64,000 bases of DNA. Source: a virus (Duplodnaviria; Caudoviricetes). Of the stretch, positions 41,401-47,609 are shown in pieces. The position numbers and the translations under genes are program-made. The notes below the pieces were generated by a model. That model did not search any database. It was given only the letters and a program-made list of their open reading frames with translations, and was not told the origin of the DNA. The DNA is taken from the IMG/VR virus record IMGVR_UViG_3300033075_001674, positions 44,476 to 108,475 of that record; one strand, 5' to 3'. Within the stretch, counting starts at the first letter, position 1; every line of letters starts with the position of its first letter.

Positions 41401-41480
41401 TCCCGGGGCTCATGTACGGAGCCGAGTTCGGGCGCAAGAGCATGGATCCTCGGAAGGCAGGCAAGACCAACTTCTACTAA
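32427..41480 (+). CDS. rpoBC: Single-chain multisubunit-type RNA polymerase (fused beta-beta'), two inteins; 2121 aa after splicing
   Basis: Beta: TPEG, GKNL...NFEDGI, GDKLSHRHGGKG, RMNIGQ, LKLVH. Beta': GGLFD..I.G, PPKLRP, RDPAL, NADFDGD, EPGYM, GERAVQLTLKAFH.GG. Confidence 0.95.
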   Translation: MATLDPHEDFQETLKAVTSGLQEAFPIKGRTSSLHLVSVHAGQMPDPEDIGSQYATRVAGKSWMTPIQGVIELRDNETGKVLMTQKTRLMSIPSMTKRFSFIYNGQEHQSANQWQLKPGVFARRQDNGELEARFNVVNRAAFKMKLDPQSQLFHVEYKKANLPAYPLLRAMGVSDQQMEESWGKQVFEANKKVKRQAGVLAQFYRTSTNGKAPPESEEDLAAHLRQVMKESKVRPEVVKQTLAHEVDHVDHTLMLNAGTKLLAVQNGAPEDDRDSLIYKTLRSTGDFLKDQIQASSRNLAMKVQRQLNKGDLKDIRHAFKPGLYDDAVRRLFQSSLVNPAKQINPVDMIGTAMQTTIMGPGGIKSDIQVTDAAKEINPSQFGMIDPLTTPEGGATGISLRLPIGVKRIGDQPHIPVYSIKQKKTIYVNPAQMMAAKKVFADEVEYRNGVPHPLREKVKALGKGNEPEVISFHEADYVMKDPSQVYGTTVNLVPFLQNNSGGRVSMASRHIEQSISLRDRDKPLVRVNAPGGTHTFEEMIGHQSAHTAPVDGRVTRVTADAIHVADASGKEHKVHLYNNYPVNDAKSVLHSTPLVKVGDAVKKGGVVADNNYTRDGVLALGKNLRTAFMSYHGLNFEDGIVITESAAKKLTSNHLHKEMLPIPEVNNQLIFDAKKFQAAHPLAFSKDQLGHIGADGVAKVGAKIRPGDPLVLAMQPYQLKDRTGIGAIRKSLTNQLVDKSLRWESDVPGEVVSVHRNDQGIHVHVRTEEPVRVGDKLSHRHGGKGIITSILPDKDAPRSKDGKPVDILFQPGGLGGRMNIGQVLEAQAGKIAEKTGKPYFVKNFDPKVQDWTRHMMGELKKHGLSDTEELFDPKTGISYGQVMTGPIHFLKLVHQMDKKESMRSGMSLPRVQSKEKYDPTTLQPASGGGTGGQSWGQLGIYALLAHGAKGILRESMTYKSEGEDPETNEAKRWRSQHNEVWNAIQSGQPLPPPKPTFSFHRFTELIKGAGINVDKKGDEFVLSPLTNSHILKMSKGEISDPTAVVHSKRDENGVFKTIKGGLFDDKITGGHGGTGWSHVKLPEPMPNPIFEEPIKKILGITETTYQALVEGKQGVNPLTGKIGPYERGFLVGGSAFKKLLGKIDVSKELAATKKALDSAKPSQVNPLYKKARYLQGLEKTGMRPDEAYVLDYLPIVPPKLRPLSNLDDGALHYDGINGMYNQLGQLTNAMNHPSQKMLPDQYKAEGRRALYDGVSALFGTAALPEGAKDKGILHMIAGSQPKRGIAQKGLLSRRQDASARATIIPEPKLGLDEIGLPKEMAMTILRPQLVRQLVVQGSAKDELAAQNLLAEAHKGKEDPSIQSALNNLANNELVISKRDPALWKYSVQAFRPRIVEGKAIRIHPLVTGGFNADFDGDSAKGLVHVEVSTETGNKEEMPHLGSLPVHGLINLRDFPRQQLLRDDGRVAVYSVPEGVVVPSHLNGVGIVRMPVTEFSIHRDCPLWRVTSRAGRLLEVSEDHSLATLDMNTLDVVETKASGSEGKVFPVMRALAHSHGKDAWDTSCFEGVSERGYPLPQFPLTKASGWFLGAMVGDGWVSDTSKYTNGTAMQISLAYGARGVEVAARWGSFLDNLVPEIAKRSYRNEHEFEGKPALSFRDTVTHSALGRLLQEQLGHGARNKHLPLDFLEWNEQARRGLLAGLLDTDGSVTWVHAATKNKPQFQAAYHTTSAQLAIEVVLLCQSLGIVASYTEYAKRDGLAYNIFLSTSTMQEATWLDLAHPEKKEALERLWGSEPVISGRGDWVPMPPAVRSILLTELRKKGAARKEKTEEGKRAFSLYVVLKKEEPIITRETFALLTEMLGDAVCSEGLMSSWYALCTNPTLSWDVVETAEDTGELHEMYDLTVPDSYTFTMANGAVVWDTMSVQAVLSDEAKRDAARMLPSKNIFSESTGGVAYLPSMESLLGLHRLSLVGQSKGASFSHDKDAIAALHQKKVSLDEQIKVGGVTTTPGRVLLASAVPDEMRNKILTDFSLELNKKGVNAVFTEIGKNHAPRFAALADKLKDLGYDTSTGIINTPLAPQGKVGVGTHSFKLSDFIADTASRDPHLHAADKEVEELKKKGLRPEELKRQMAEAYLRADVAIQKQHAASGKMQDNALGKMTRAGMKPSKDQYKQMVLAPMVMTNSKGELIPVPVRRSYGEGVDQMGYTVQQEGARSGTIKKVQEVQEPGYMTKLLQNTSMHTLIDTHDCGTQKGLLVGVGDYDIMDRHLATPLKLKGLDLPGGTLLSKDIVDRIRKVDPSAKLVVRSPLHCHSEKGVCQKCYGLDANGKHLTVGSNVGVLSAHTLGERAVQLTLKAFHCLHEHSLVLVRHKGRVYHTTLRAVFEGSPGTEPEVRIPQDLEVWGPEGWVRVLSASRHLQEPGTQMVFARTRSGFGLLSQDNHPHMLAENLAVCERCGTYPKRSNGGKQHYCRRCGRTWQGELPEPEDFQMVMPSELSEKSHTAKVSWGPSPTEQNPPLRSGWLAGMFCAEGYIHAQNREQGSYVIGFGISQNQGTPVYTKLGACLAQEFPEARLGARPRAFQVYGRERGLFFEKTFGRYSRNKGLPEGWSGLPVDWLADFVSGVFDGDGTLVSTKDSAWKVGRIDTTSYLLAQQLHHILRSRGVHSRVLLSPWRKASLHQGFAVTFPITAEAKEMLSSALKLANVEARPHGNEERFGEVVDYVRPVRFGAPPWVYDLETETSTLCVNNVWTHNSGGVASAGGGAIGSFGRLEQLTYLPDQIPNSAVHANVSGKITKIEPTPTGTNIWVGQHMHFVGKDSKGNPLHEKQEGVFHTKPWSPPQVGKEVKPGDFLSDPNRTHLNPHRFFEATKSMDRVQEKLAEEMHGLYADEGVRKRAVEVVVRSMGNLTQIEHPGGSPDFLRGQTYSRSAVEQLNKELKAKGQPLVVHKPVLRGVNLLPLDMTTDWMARLNHQKLRGTMMEGAAQGWASDIHGRHPVPGLMYGAEFGRKSMDPRKAGKTNFY
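36675..38180 (+). mobile_element. Intein with LAGLIDADG endonuclease directly after NADFDGD (502 aa)
   Basis: Starts S; block B VSEDHS; FLGAMVGDG and LLAGLLDTDG; block F MYDLTV; ends VVWD|T. Confidence 0.88.
39492..40673 (+). mobile_element. Intein with LAGLIDADG endonuclease in trigger loop (394 aa)
   Basis: FH|CL...VYDLE...THN|SGG; WLAGMFCAEG and FVSGVFDGDG; CxxC zinc ribbon insert. Confidence 0.92.
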
Positions 41481-41489
41481 GATGCCCGC

Positions 41490-42701
41490 ATGACGATGAG
41501 CGGTGGGGTACTCCCCGAGAACCCAGGGGCCCGGATGCCGGAGATGATCGACGCCACGGTCGAGAACTCCTACCCGGACCGCTGGATGGTCGACGTCTCG
41601 GCGGCGAACGGGCGCCGGTGGTTCCCGAAGGTCGTGGTGCTGAACCCCTACCTACACCACGAGGGAGGGGCAGGGATGTCCTTCACCCCACCCCCCGGCA
41701 CACGGGGGGTCCTGCTGCTCCTGTCGGACGGCAGCCCCCCTGCGTTCCTGCCCGGTCTCCCGAACATGCGCCCCTCCTCGGGGGAGCCAGGGGTGCCCCA
41801 GGGCGGCAAGGAGGGGACGAAGACCCCGCTGCAGGAGGCCAGCATGGCCAAGCAGCCGCCCAATGAGCCGCGCTTCGATAACAACCGCCCCCCTCAAGCC
41901 GACGGGGATCAATGCTGGCGGGGAGGCGAGGGGCAGGGGGTGGAGATCCTGGTGGGGGGCGTGGTGCGCTCGTACGCAGGCCCGCTTTGTCAGACCATCT
42001 GGGACGTGCGGGGGAAGCGTACCTCCGCTTGCAGAACCTCGGTCGACTGGTGGGAGGGCGGAGCAGACGCTCAGCGTCGACGCAGCCTCCAGGGAGCCAC
42101 CACCTACGAGACCACCCACGCCTTCCGGGTGAAGGCCACGGAGACCCACGCCAGCTTGCGCGTCCGGGAGGGCAAGTCGCTCCTGGGAGAGCCCGACGGC
42201 TTCAACGCTACCGAGGCCGCAGCTCTGGCGGGTCTCGACCTCGATGACGGCGTGATGGAGATGAGCATCAGCCCCGAGGGCTTCTCCAGCTACGACGGCG
42301 AGGCGGTGAGCGAGCAGACCCGCAACAAGAGCGTGTTCCGCATGCTCGTGACCCTGGGCGGGGGCCTGCTGATCCGGGCTCTGCAGGCCGTGGTGCTCAA
42401 GCTGAAGAGCAAGCTGCGCATCGAGGTGGAGGGGGATATCGTCCTCAGCTCCAAGGGCCGCATCATCCTCGACGGCAAGCAGGGGGTCACCCTGGTCTCC
42501 GACGGCGGGCTGAAGCTCCAGGGCGCTCTCACCCAGGTAGGGGGCGGGGATAAGGGGGTGGCCCGGCAGGGCGACCAGATCCTGTGCACCATCCCTCCGG
42601 GGACCACGGTGGGTGGAGCCCTGCTCGCCCTGCCCCCGGGTCTGTCCTTCTTCTCCGCCACCATCACCAGCCCCGGCAGCCCGGACTTCAAGGTAGGCTG
42701 A
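41490..42701 (+). CDS. Baseplate spike / gpV-like protein
   Basis: N-terminal OB-like P..G...L pattern, beta-repeat C-terminus, VARQGD. Confidence 0.6.
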   Translation: MTMSGGVLPENPGARMPEMIDATVENSYPDRWMVDVSAANGRRWFPKVVVLNPYLHHEGGAGMSFTPPPGTRGVLLLLSDGSPPAFLPGLPNMRPSSGEPGVPQGGKEGTKTPLQEASMAKQPPNEPRFDNNRPPQADGDQCWRGGEGQGVEILVGGVVRSYAGPLCQTIWDVRGKRTSACRTSVDWWEGGADAQRRRSLQGATTYETTHAFRVKATETHASLRVREGKSLLGEPDGFNATEAAALAGLDLDDGVMEMSISPEGFSSYDGEAVSEQTRNKSVFRMLVTLGGGLLIRALQAVVLKLKSKLRIEVEGDIVLSSKGRIILDGKQGVTLVSDGGLKLQGALTQVGGGDKGVARQGDQILCTIPPGTTVGGALLALPPGLSFFSATITSPGSPDFKVG

Positions 42702-42704
42702 GGG

Positions 42705-43331
42705 ATGCCCACCCCGCTGACCCTGCTCGCCCAAGGCACGCTGGCCGACGTCAACATCGGAGCCAAGGCCGCTGTGCTCGCCATCCTCCCCCTGATCGCG
42801 CAGCTCGACCTGCAGCTGGGTGCGGAGTTCGGACTCGGTCAGCTCAAGGCAGAGATCCAGGCGAGACTCAAGGCGGCGCTGGAGGGGGCGGTCCAGATCA
42901 CGGCCCCCTCCGCCTCCCTGCTCGTCGCGCTCCAGGGCGCGCTGCAGAGCGTGGTGGCCCTGCAGGCCGCCCTCAACGCCGGAGGGGTGCTGACTCCCCC
43001 GGGGATCTCCGCCAGCGGCAGCCTCCAGGTGATAGCGGATCTTCAAGCCAGGCTCACCGGTCTGCAGCTGCTGCTGGACCTGGCGGCAGGCGTGCGTCTG
43101 CAGGGGGCCAACCTGGTGGGGGCCCTCAACGCCGCTCTGAGCGTGGGCCCGGTCGCTCTCTACGGCGCCACGGGGCAGCTGCTACCAGAGCTCCTCTCGC
43201 AGATCAACGGGGCGGACTACGCCTCGGTGGGCATCAACAACACGGACACCTGCGACGCCCTGCTCCTCTTGAGCAAAGCACCCGGCTTCAACGCTGCAGC
43301 CGGCTTGCTCTTCGTAGTTCCCCCAGCCTGA
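42705..43331 (+). CDS. Leu/Ala-rich hypothetical structural protein
   Basis: Follows spike gene; strong codon bias. Confidence 0.6.
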   Translation: MPTPLTLLAQGTLADVNIGAKAAVLAILPLIAQLDLQLGAEFGLGQLKAEIQARLKAALEGAVQITAPSASLLVALQGALQSVVALQAALNAGGVLTPPGISASGSLQVIADLQARLTGLQLLLDLAAGVRLQGANLVGALNAALSVGPVALYGATGQLLPELLSQINGADYASVGINNTDTCDALLLLSKAPGFNAAAGLLFVVPPA

Positions 43332-43346
43332 GTACAATGAGGACCC

Positions 43347-45407
43347 ATGACCACGAAGCTCTTCCTGCCGGTCACCGAGGATGCTCCCGAGAAGCATGCC
43401 GCCGCCATGACCAAGCTCCCTCTCGACCCCCAGCAGTGGCCAGCCGCTCTTTACCAGAAAGCGGTGGAGGTCCTGCCGGAGCTGGCGGAGTACGACCTCA
43501 ACATCGCTCTCGACCAGCAAGACATGTCTTCGGCCACCGCTCTGGGGGCTGTGCTGGTCTCGCTGAAGCAGGCCCCTTCGCTGGACATCATGGGCCAGGT
43601 TCGCCCCACCGCCCCGGGCAAGACCCTGCGCATCCCGATCCTGATCCTGCGCGGGCAGCTCTACCCCCTCGATCTTCTCGTGGTCCCGGACTCCCGGGGC
43701 GGGGAGGCCCGCACCGTCCCCCTCACCCCCCGCCGGCTGCGCGCCGCCCTCTTCCGCAGCGACATCTTCCAGACCACCAGCCAGCCCCCGGGTCCCTCCA
43801 ACCTTGCCGGCCTCCTCTACCCGAGCAGCCGCGACACCTTCTACGGCGGCAACTCCTCGATCAACCAGAAGCAGGCCTCCCTGCTGGAGGACCTGCTCGT
43901 CGAGGGGGCAGACCAGGAGGGGCTCAGGGCCAAGGTGGCCCAGCACAAGGGCTTCGCGGACAACCCCGCGGCTCGCCCGGCTCTCGAAGCCCTGCTGTCC
44001 ACCTACGAGAAGGTGGCCAACGTGGAATGGAATCCCACGGCGCTGCAGATCCTGAAGATCGACTCCGACACCTACGTGGTGAAGTCGGCGAACACGGAAT
44101 GCTGGGAGCCCAGGGCTCGCACCCTGTCGAGGGCGGAGCTCATCAAGGAGGCGAGCCCCGAGGAGATCGCTGTTCTCGACACCGAGGGCGAGATCCTCGA
44201 TGGTCCGGAGACCGCGGCAGGCGAGATGGCCGAAGAGCCGGAGGTCCACGTCATCTCCACCCCCGGGGTGGCCAAGGTCACCTCCATCGAAGGCATGCCG
44301 ATGGTGGGGCTCGTCCTACCCTCCCTCTTCGACCTCACGGGGCTCCTGGTCCCCATCGGCCTCTTCATGGGTGAGGCGACCGCGCTGGCCCCCGAGATCT
44401 ACGGGGAGCTGATCGACACCCAGGTCCCCCCGCATGACGTCGCGAGCGATCCCTCCGGCTACGGCTTCTTCCTACAGACCGAGGGCGAGACGAGGGGCAC
44501 CGTCCCGATGAGCATCGTCACCAGGGTGACCACCTCCCAGGGCAGCGCCTGGCTGGTCAGGACCGAGGACGGCAGCACCGGCATGATCGACTACACCGTG
44601 GGGGCGAGGAAGCCCTTCGCCACCGACGGCGTGCTCCACCTGCCCCACACCTTCCGGTGGATGCCCCTGCCAGCCACCAAGGTGCAGCTCGCCGGCGGAG
44701 CTCCCTCGGGCGAGGAGGAGGATCCGCTCTTCGATGGCCTCACCGAAGACGAGGAGGGGGGAGGGCCGGGCTCGCCCGTCCTGGAGAAGAAGGCTGCCCT
44801 GCGCAAGCTCGCCTCCCGCAGGGTGGACCTCCGCTACCACGGCGCGGACACCTGGAGCGTCTCGGGCCCCCTGCTGGAGAAGGTGGGGGGTCGCTACGAC
44901 CTCAACGAAGAGGATACGAGGCTGCTGCTGATCTCCGCCGGCCTGAGCAAGCAGGCGATGGCGAGCGTGATGGTCAAGGCGGCCACCACGGGCGGCAAGG
45001 TGCGGATCCTCGCCGGGGTGGAGCAGTTCACCCCCCCCGCCTCCCACATCAAGGCAGCCCAGGAGAAGAAGGCATCGCTCCGGTTCTCTGCCCCGCTGCC
45101 CCCCGGGCTCGACCTCGACGCCGGCATCAAGATCGCCGCGGAGTTCCAGGACGGCGACACCATCGACAGCTTGCTCGGTCTGTCGCTCCTCACCCCCGAC
45201 AACATCTCCACCTTCGTGACGCACATCGTGGAGATGGAGAAGGTGCAGGCGATCCTGTGCGATGCCCTGCTCGCATCCAGGTTGGGGCTCAAGGCCTTCG
45301 ATGAGTCCTCGCTGGAGAAGGCGGTCCAGGGGATGGAGGCGGCGATCGAGGGCACCTACCTGCTTCGTTTTCAGCAAGGAGGTTCTACCGTATCCTCGAA
45401 CCTATGA
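43347..45407 (+). CDS. Head-associated hypothetical protein (686 aa), KxA-rich
   Basis: TACAAT-N8-ATG; more than ten K-x-A motifs. Confidence 0.6.
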   Translation: MTTKLFLPVTEDAPEKHAAAMTKLPLDPQQWPAALYQKAVEVLPELAEYDLNIALDQQDMSSATALGAVLVSLKQAPSLDIMGQVRPTAPGKTLRIPILILRGQLYPLDLLVVPDSRGGEARTVPLTPRRLRAALFRSDIFQTTSQPPGPSNLAGLLYPSSRDTFYGGNSSINQKQASLLEDLLVEGADQEGLRAKVAQHKGFADNPAARPALEALLSTYEKVANVEWNPTALQILKIDSDTYVVKSANTECWEPRARTLSRAELIKEASPEEIAVLDTEGEILDGPETAAGEMAEEPEVHVISTPGVAKVTSIEGMPMVGLVLPSLFDLTGLLVPIGLFMGEATALAPEIYGELIDTQVPPHDVASDPSGYGFFLQTEGETRGTVPMSIVTRVTTSQGSAWLVRTEDGSTGMIDYTVGARKPFATDGVLHLPHTFRWMPLPATKVQLAGGAPSGEEEDPLFDGLTEDEEGGGPGSPVLEKKAALRKLASRRVDLRYHGADTWSVSGPLLEKVGGRYDLNEEDTRLLLISAGLSKQAMASVMVKAATTGGKVRILAGVEQFTPPASHIKAAQEKKASLRFSAPLPPGLDLDAGIKIAAEFQDGDTIDSLLGLSLLTPDNISTFVTHIVEMEKVQAILCDALLASRLGLKAFDESSLEKAVQGMEAAIEGTYLLRFQQGGSTVSSNL

Positions 45408-46645
45408 TCACAGACACGCCTTGCCGGAGGTACCTCCTGCACCTGATGCTGGGGGGTAAGACCGTCCAGCAGGTTGAGGATCACGCCCTGGAGATGGGGC
45501 TCGACTACGGCAGCATCCAGCTGCTGGTCCTCATCCGGGAGAGGGGGGCGCCCCCGGAGGTGTTCCGGCCCCGAGACCTCAACCACCGACCGAGCCAGGA
45601 GTTCCTGGAGTCCGTGGGGCTGCTCGGCAACTTCCCTCGCCTCAGCCGCGAGGGGGGCGCGGCGTTCCAGCTCCACCAGAACCCGAGGGCCAGAGAGATC
45701 CTGGAGCTCGGGTTGCTGGGCAGGATGCCGATCCACGAGATCCTCAGCTTGCTCGCGGAGAGCAAGGTCCGCACCCGCGTGGAGGTGCTCGAAGCCTACG
45801 CCCACCTCTTCTGGGATGTGGCCGGCATGGACTCCACGGAGCTCAGGGCCCTGCTGCACCTGAGAACGCCCGATGTCGCCCGGCTCCAGAAGCTCTCGGC
45901 CCTGCAGGATAGCCGGGAGGCCGAGGCAGGCATGCCCGTGGCGGTCACCCCCCAGCGTGGAGGGGGTGGGGGTGGAAGGCCCGACGCCAACTCGCTGCCC
46001 CTGCCCTACGAGACCCTCACCCCCGAGCGGCCCACCCCGTCGGAGCTGCGGCAGAGCAGGCAGTGGCGCGCCCACGGAAAGCGGGACTTCGTACGCCAGC
46101 TGGCCAGGAGTATGCCCCTGCACGAGCGGGCACGGCAGGCCGACGCCCTGAAGCGTGCACACTACAGCGACCCCAGGCTCACCATCTCCAGCCTGCCGGC
46201 GAGCCCTCTGACGGTCGCACTTACACGGTCCTACCTGGGGATGCAGATGGACCGCCTGGACTTGAAGAAGGCCTACGAGGTGCTCCACCACCTGGTCTTC
46301 CACCGCACTGTGGAGCAGGCGGTGAGCAACCACCCCGAAGCCCCACTGCGCCTGGGATCTCTGCTCAGCAGCGCAGCCACGCTGGTCCGCATCCAGAAAG
46401 AGCTCGGAGCAGGCACCGCCTCCCTGCAGAACCAGATCCAGGTCATGGCGCTGCAGACCAACCTGGAGGGGCACTACGGCAGCCCCAACGAGCTCACCGG
46501 CGGTCACCACAACCTCGACCCCTACTCCGACGCCGACAGCGCCAACCTCAAGGAGATCACCGGCAAGGGCGCGGGACGCACGGCCAACCAGGTCACCACG
46601 GTGGATGCCGATGAGGAAGAGGAGGACGAGGAGACCGTGGGGTTA
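45404..46645 (+). CDS. Hypothetical helical protein upstream of terminase (413 aa if TTA is stop); possible small-terminase role
   Basis: Acidic tail DADEEEEDEETVG then TTA; track ORF would overlap next gene by 121 bp. Confidence 0.5.
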
Positions 46646-46680
46646 TGGCGTGGAGGGGGTAGCTGTGTGAGGATCGCGGA

Positions 46681-47346
46681 ATGCTCGACCAGCAAGACCT
46701 CAACGACTTCCGGGAGGAGTCTCGGAACGTCCCCACCCCCACCCAGGCGACCAAGGACCCCCACCGCCTGCACTTCGACCTCTTCCACGCAGACGTCGTG
46801 ATCCGGGGCTCCTCCCTCATCCTGCAGATCCACCTTCCCTACCCGCTGCTCAAGGGGGAGAAGATCCCCTCCTGGTGGGAGGACGAGGACGGGCTGTTCG
46901 CCAGGGTGCTGAGCGACACCGCCATCAAGTTCTTCGGCGAGGGGAGGACCTCGGACCTGCGCGCCACCCACACCTCCACGGAGAACGGCGGACCCCTGCC
47001 CCTCGACTCCTGGTATCTCGAAGCCAGGAACGAGTCGATCTGGGCCTTCACCACCCCGCTAGAAGAGCGCGCCAATCAGCTTCTGACCTTGCTGGAGGAG
47101 AAGCTGCGTGCCGCCCTGACGGAGGCGAAGCTCCAGATCCCGAACGCCGAGGGCCCTCCGTACGGGGAGGCTGCGTCGAGCCCGAAGGTCTTCCTGGCTC
47201 GCTACAACATGATGCGGGACTACGGGGGCTGGAGGGAGGTGGAGGCGTGGGCGGATGCCCTCCACCAGCGCTGTGACTACCCGGCTCGCCTCCTCCAGCC
47301 GATGCTCCAGGCTGCGAAGGCGAGGGAGGCCAGCACGGTCCTCTGA
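46681..47346 (+). CDS. Hypothetical protein (221 aa)
   Basis: RBS GAGGA; GC3 bias. Confidence 0.65.
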   Translation: MLDQQDLNDFREESRNVPTPTQATKDPHRLHFDLFHADVVIRGSSLILQIHLPYPLLKGEKIPSWWEDEDGLFARVLSDTAIKFFGEGRTSDLRATHTSTENGGPLPLDSWYLEARNESIWAFTTPLEERANQLLTLLEEKLRAALTEAKLQIPNAEGPPYGEAASSPKVFLARYNMMRDYGGWREVEAWADALHQRCDYPARLLQPMLQAAKAREASTVL

Positions 47347-47609
47347 GGGCTATCTTACGATTCCCCACCCTTGCCACCCTCACCTCCACGATCCCCGCCT
47401 CCTCCAGCAACGCCTGGGCGAAAGCGACCGCCTGTTCCTGCGCTCCCCGGGGAAGCAGCAGGGTCAGCTCTCGCCGTACGGGCAGGTCCTCGTCCTGACT
47501 CCGATCACCCTCCTCTCGAACCCGATCGCCCCAGGTGTCCCTGAACACGACCGTCGCCCCTCCCCACAGGAGCTTGCGCACCACCTCACCCCAGGAGCTC
47601 TGATCCACC

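Noticed and set aside
32427-41480. Host chromosomal rpoBC
   Set aside because: Flanked by phage morphogenesis genes, no ribosomal protein genes, highly divergent and reduced.
43347-45407. Major capsid protein or prohead protease
   Set aside because: No recognisable HK97-fold or protease motif by eye.
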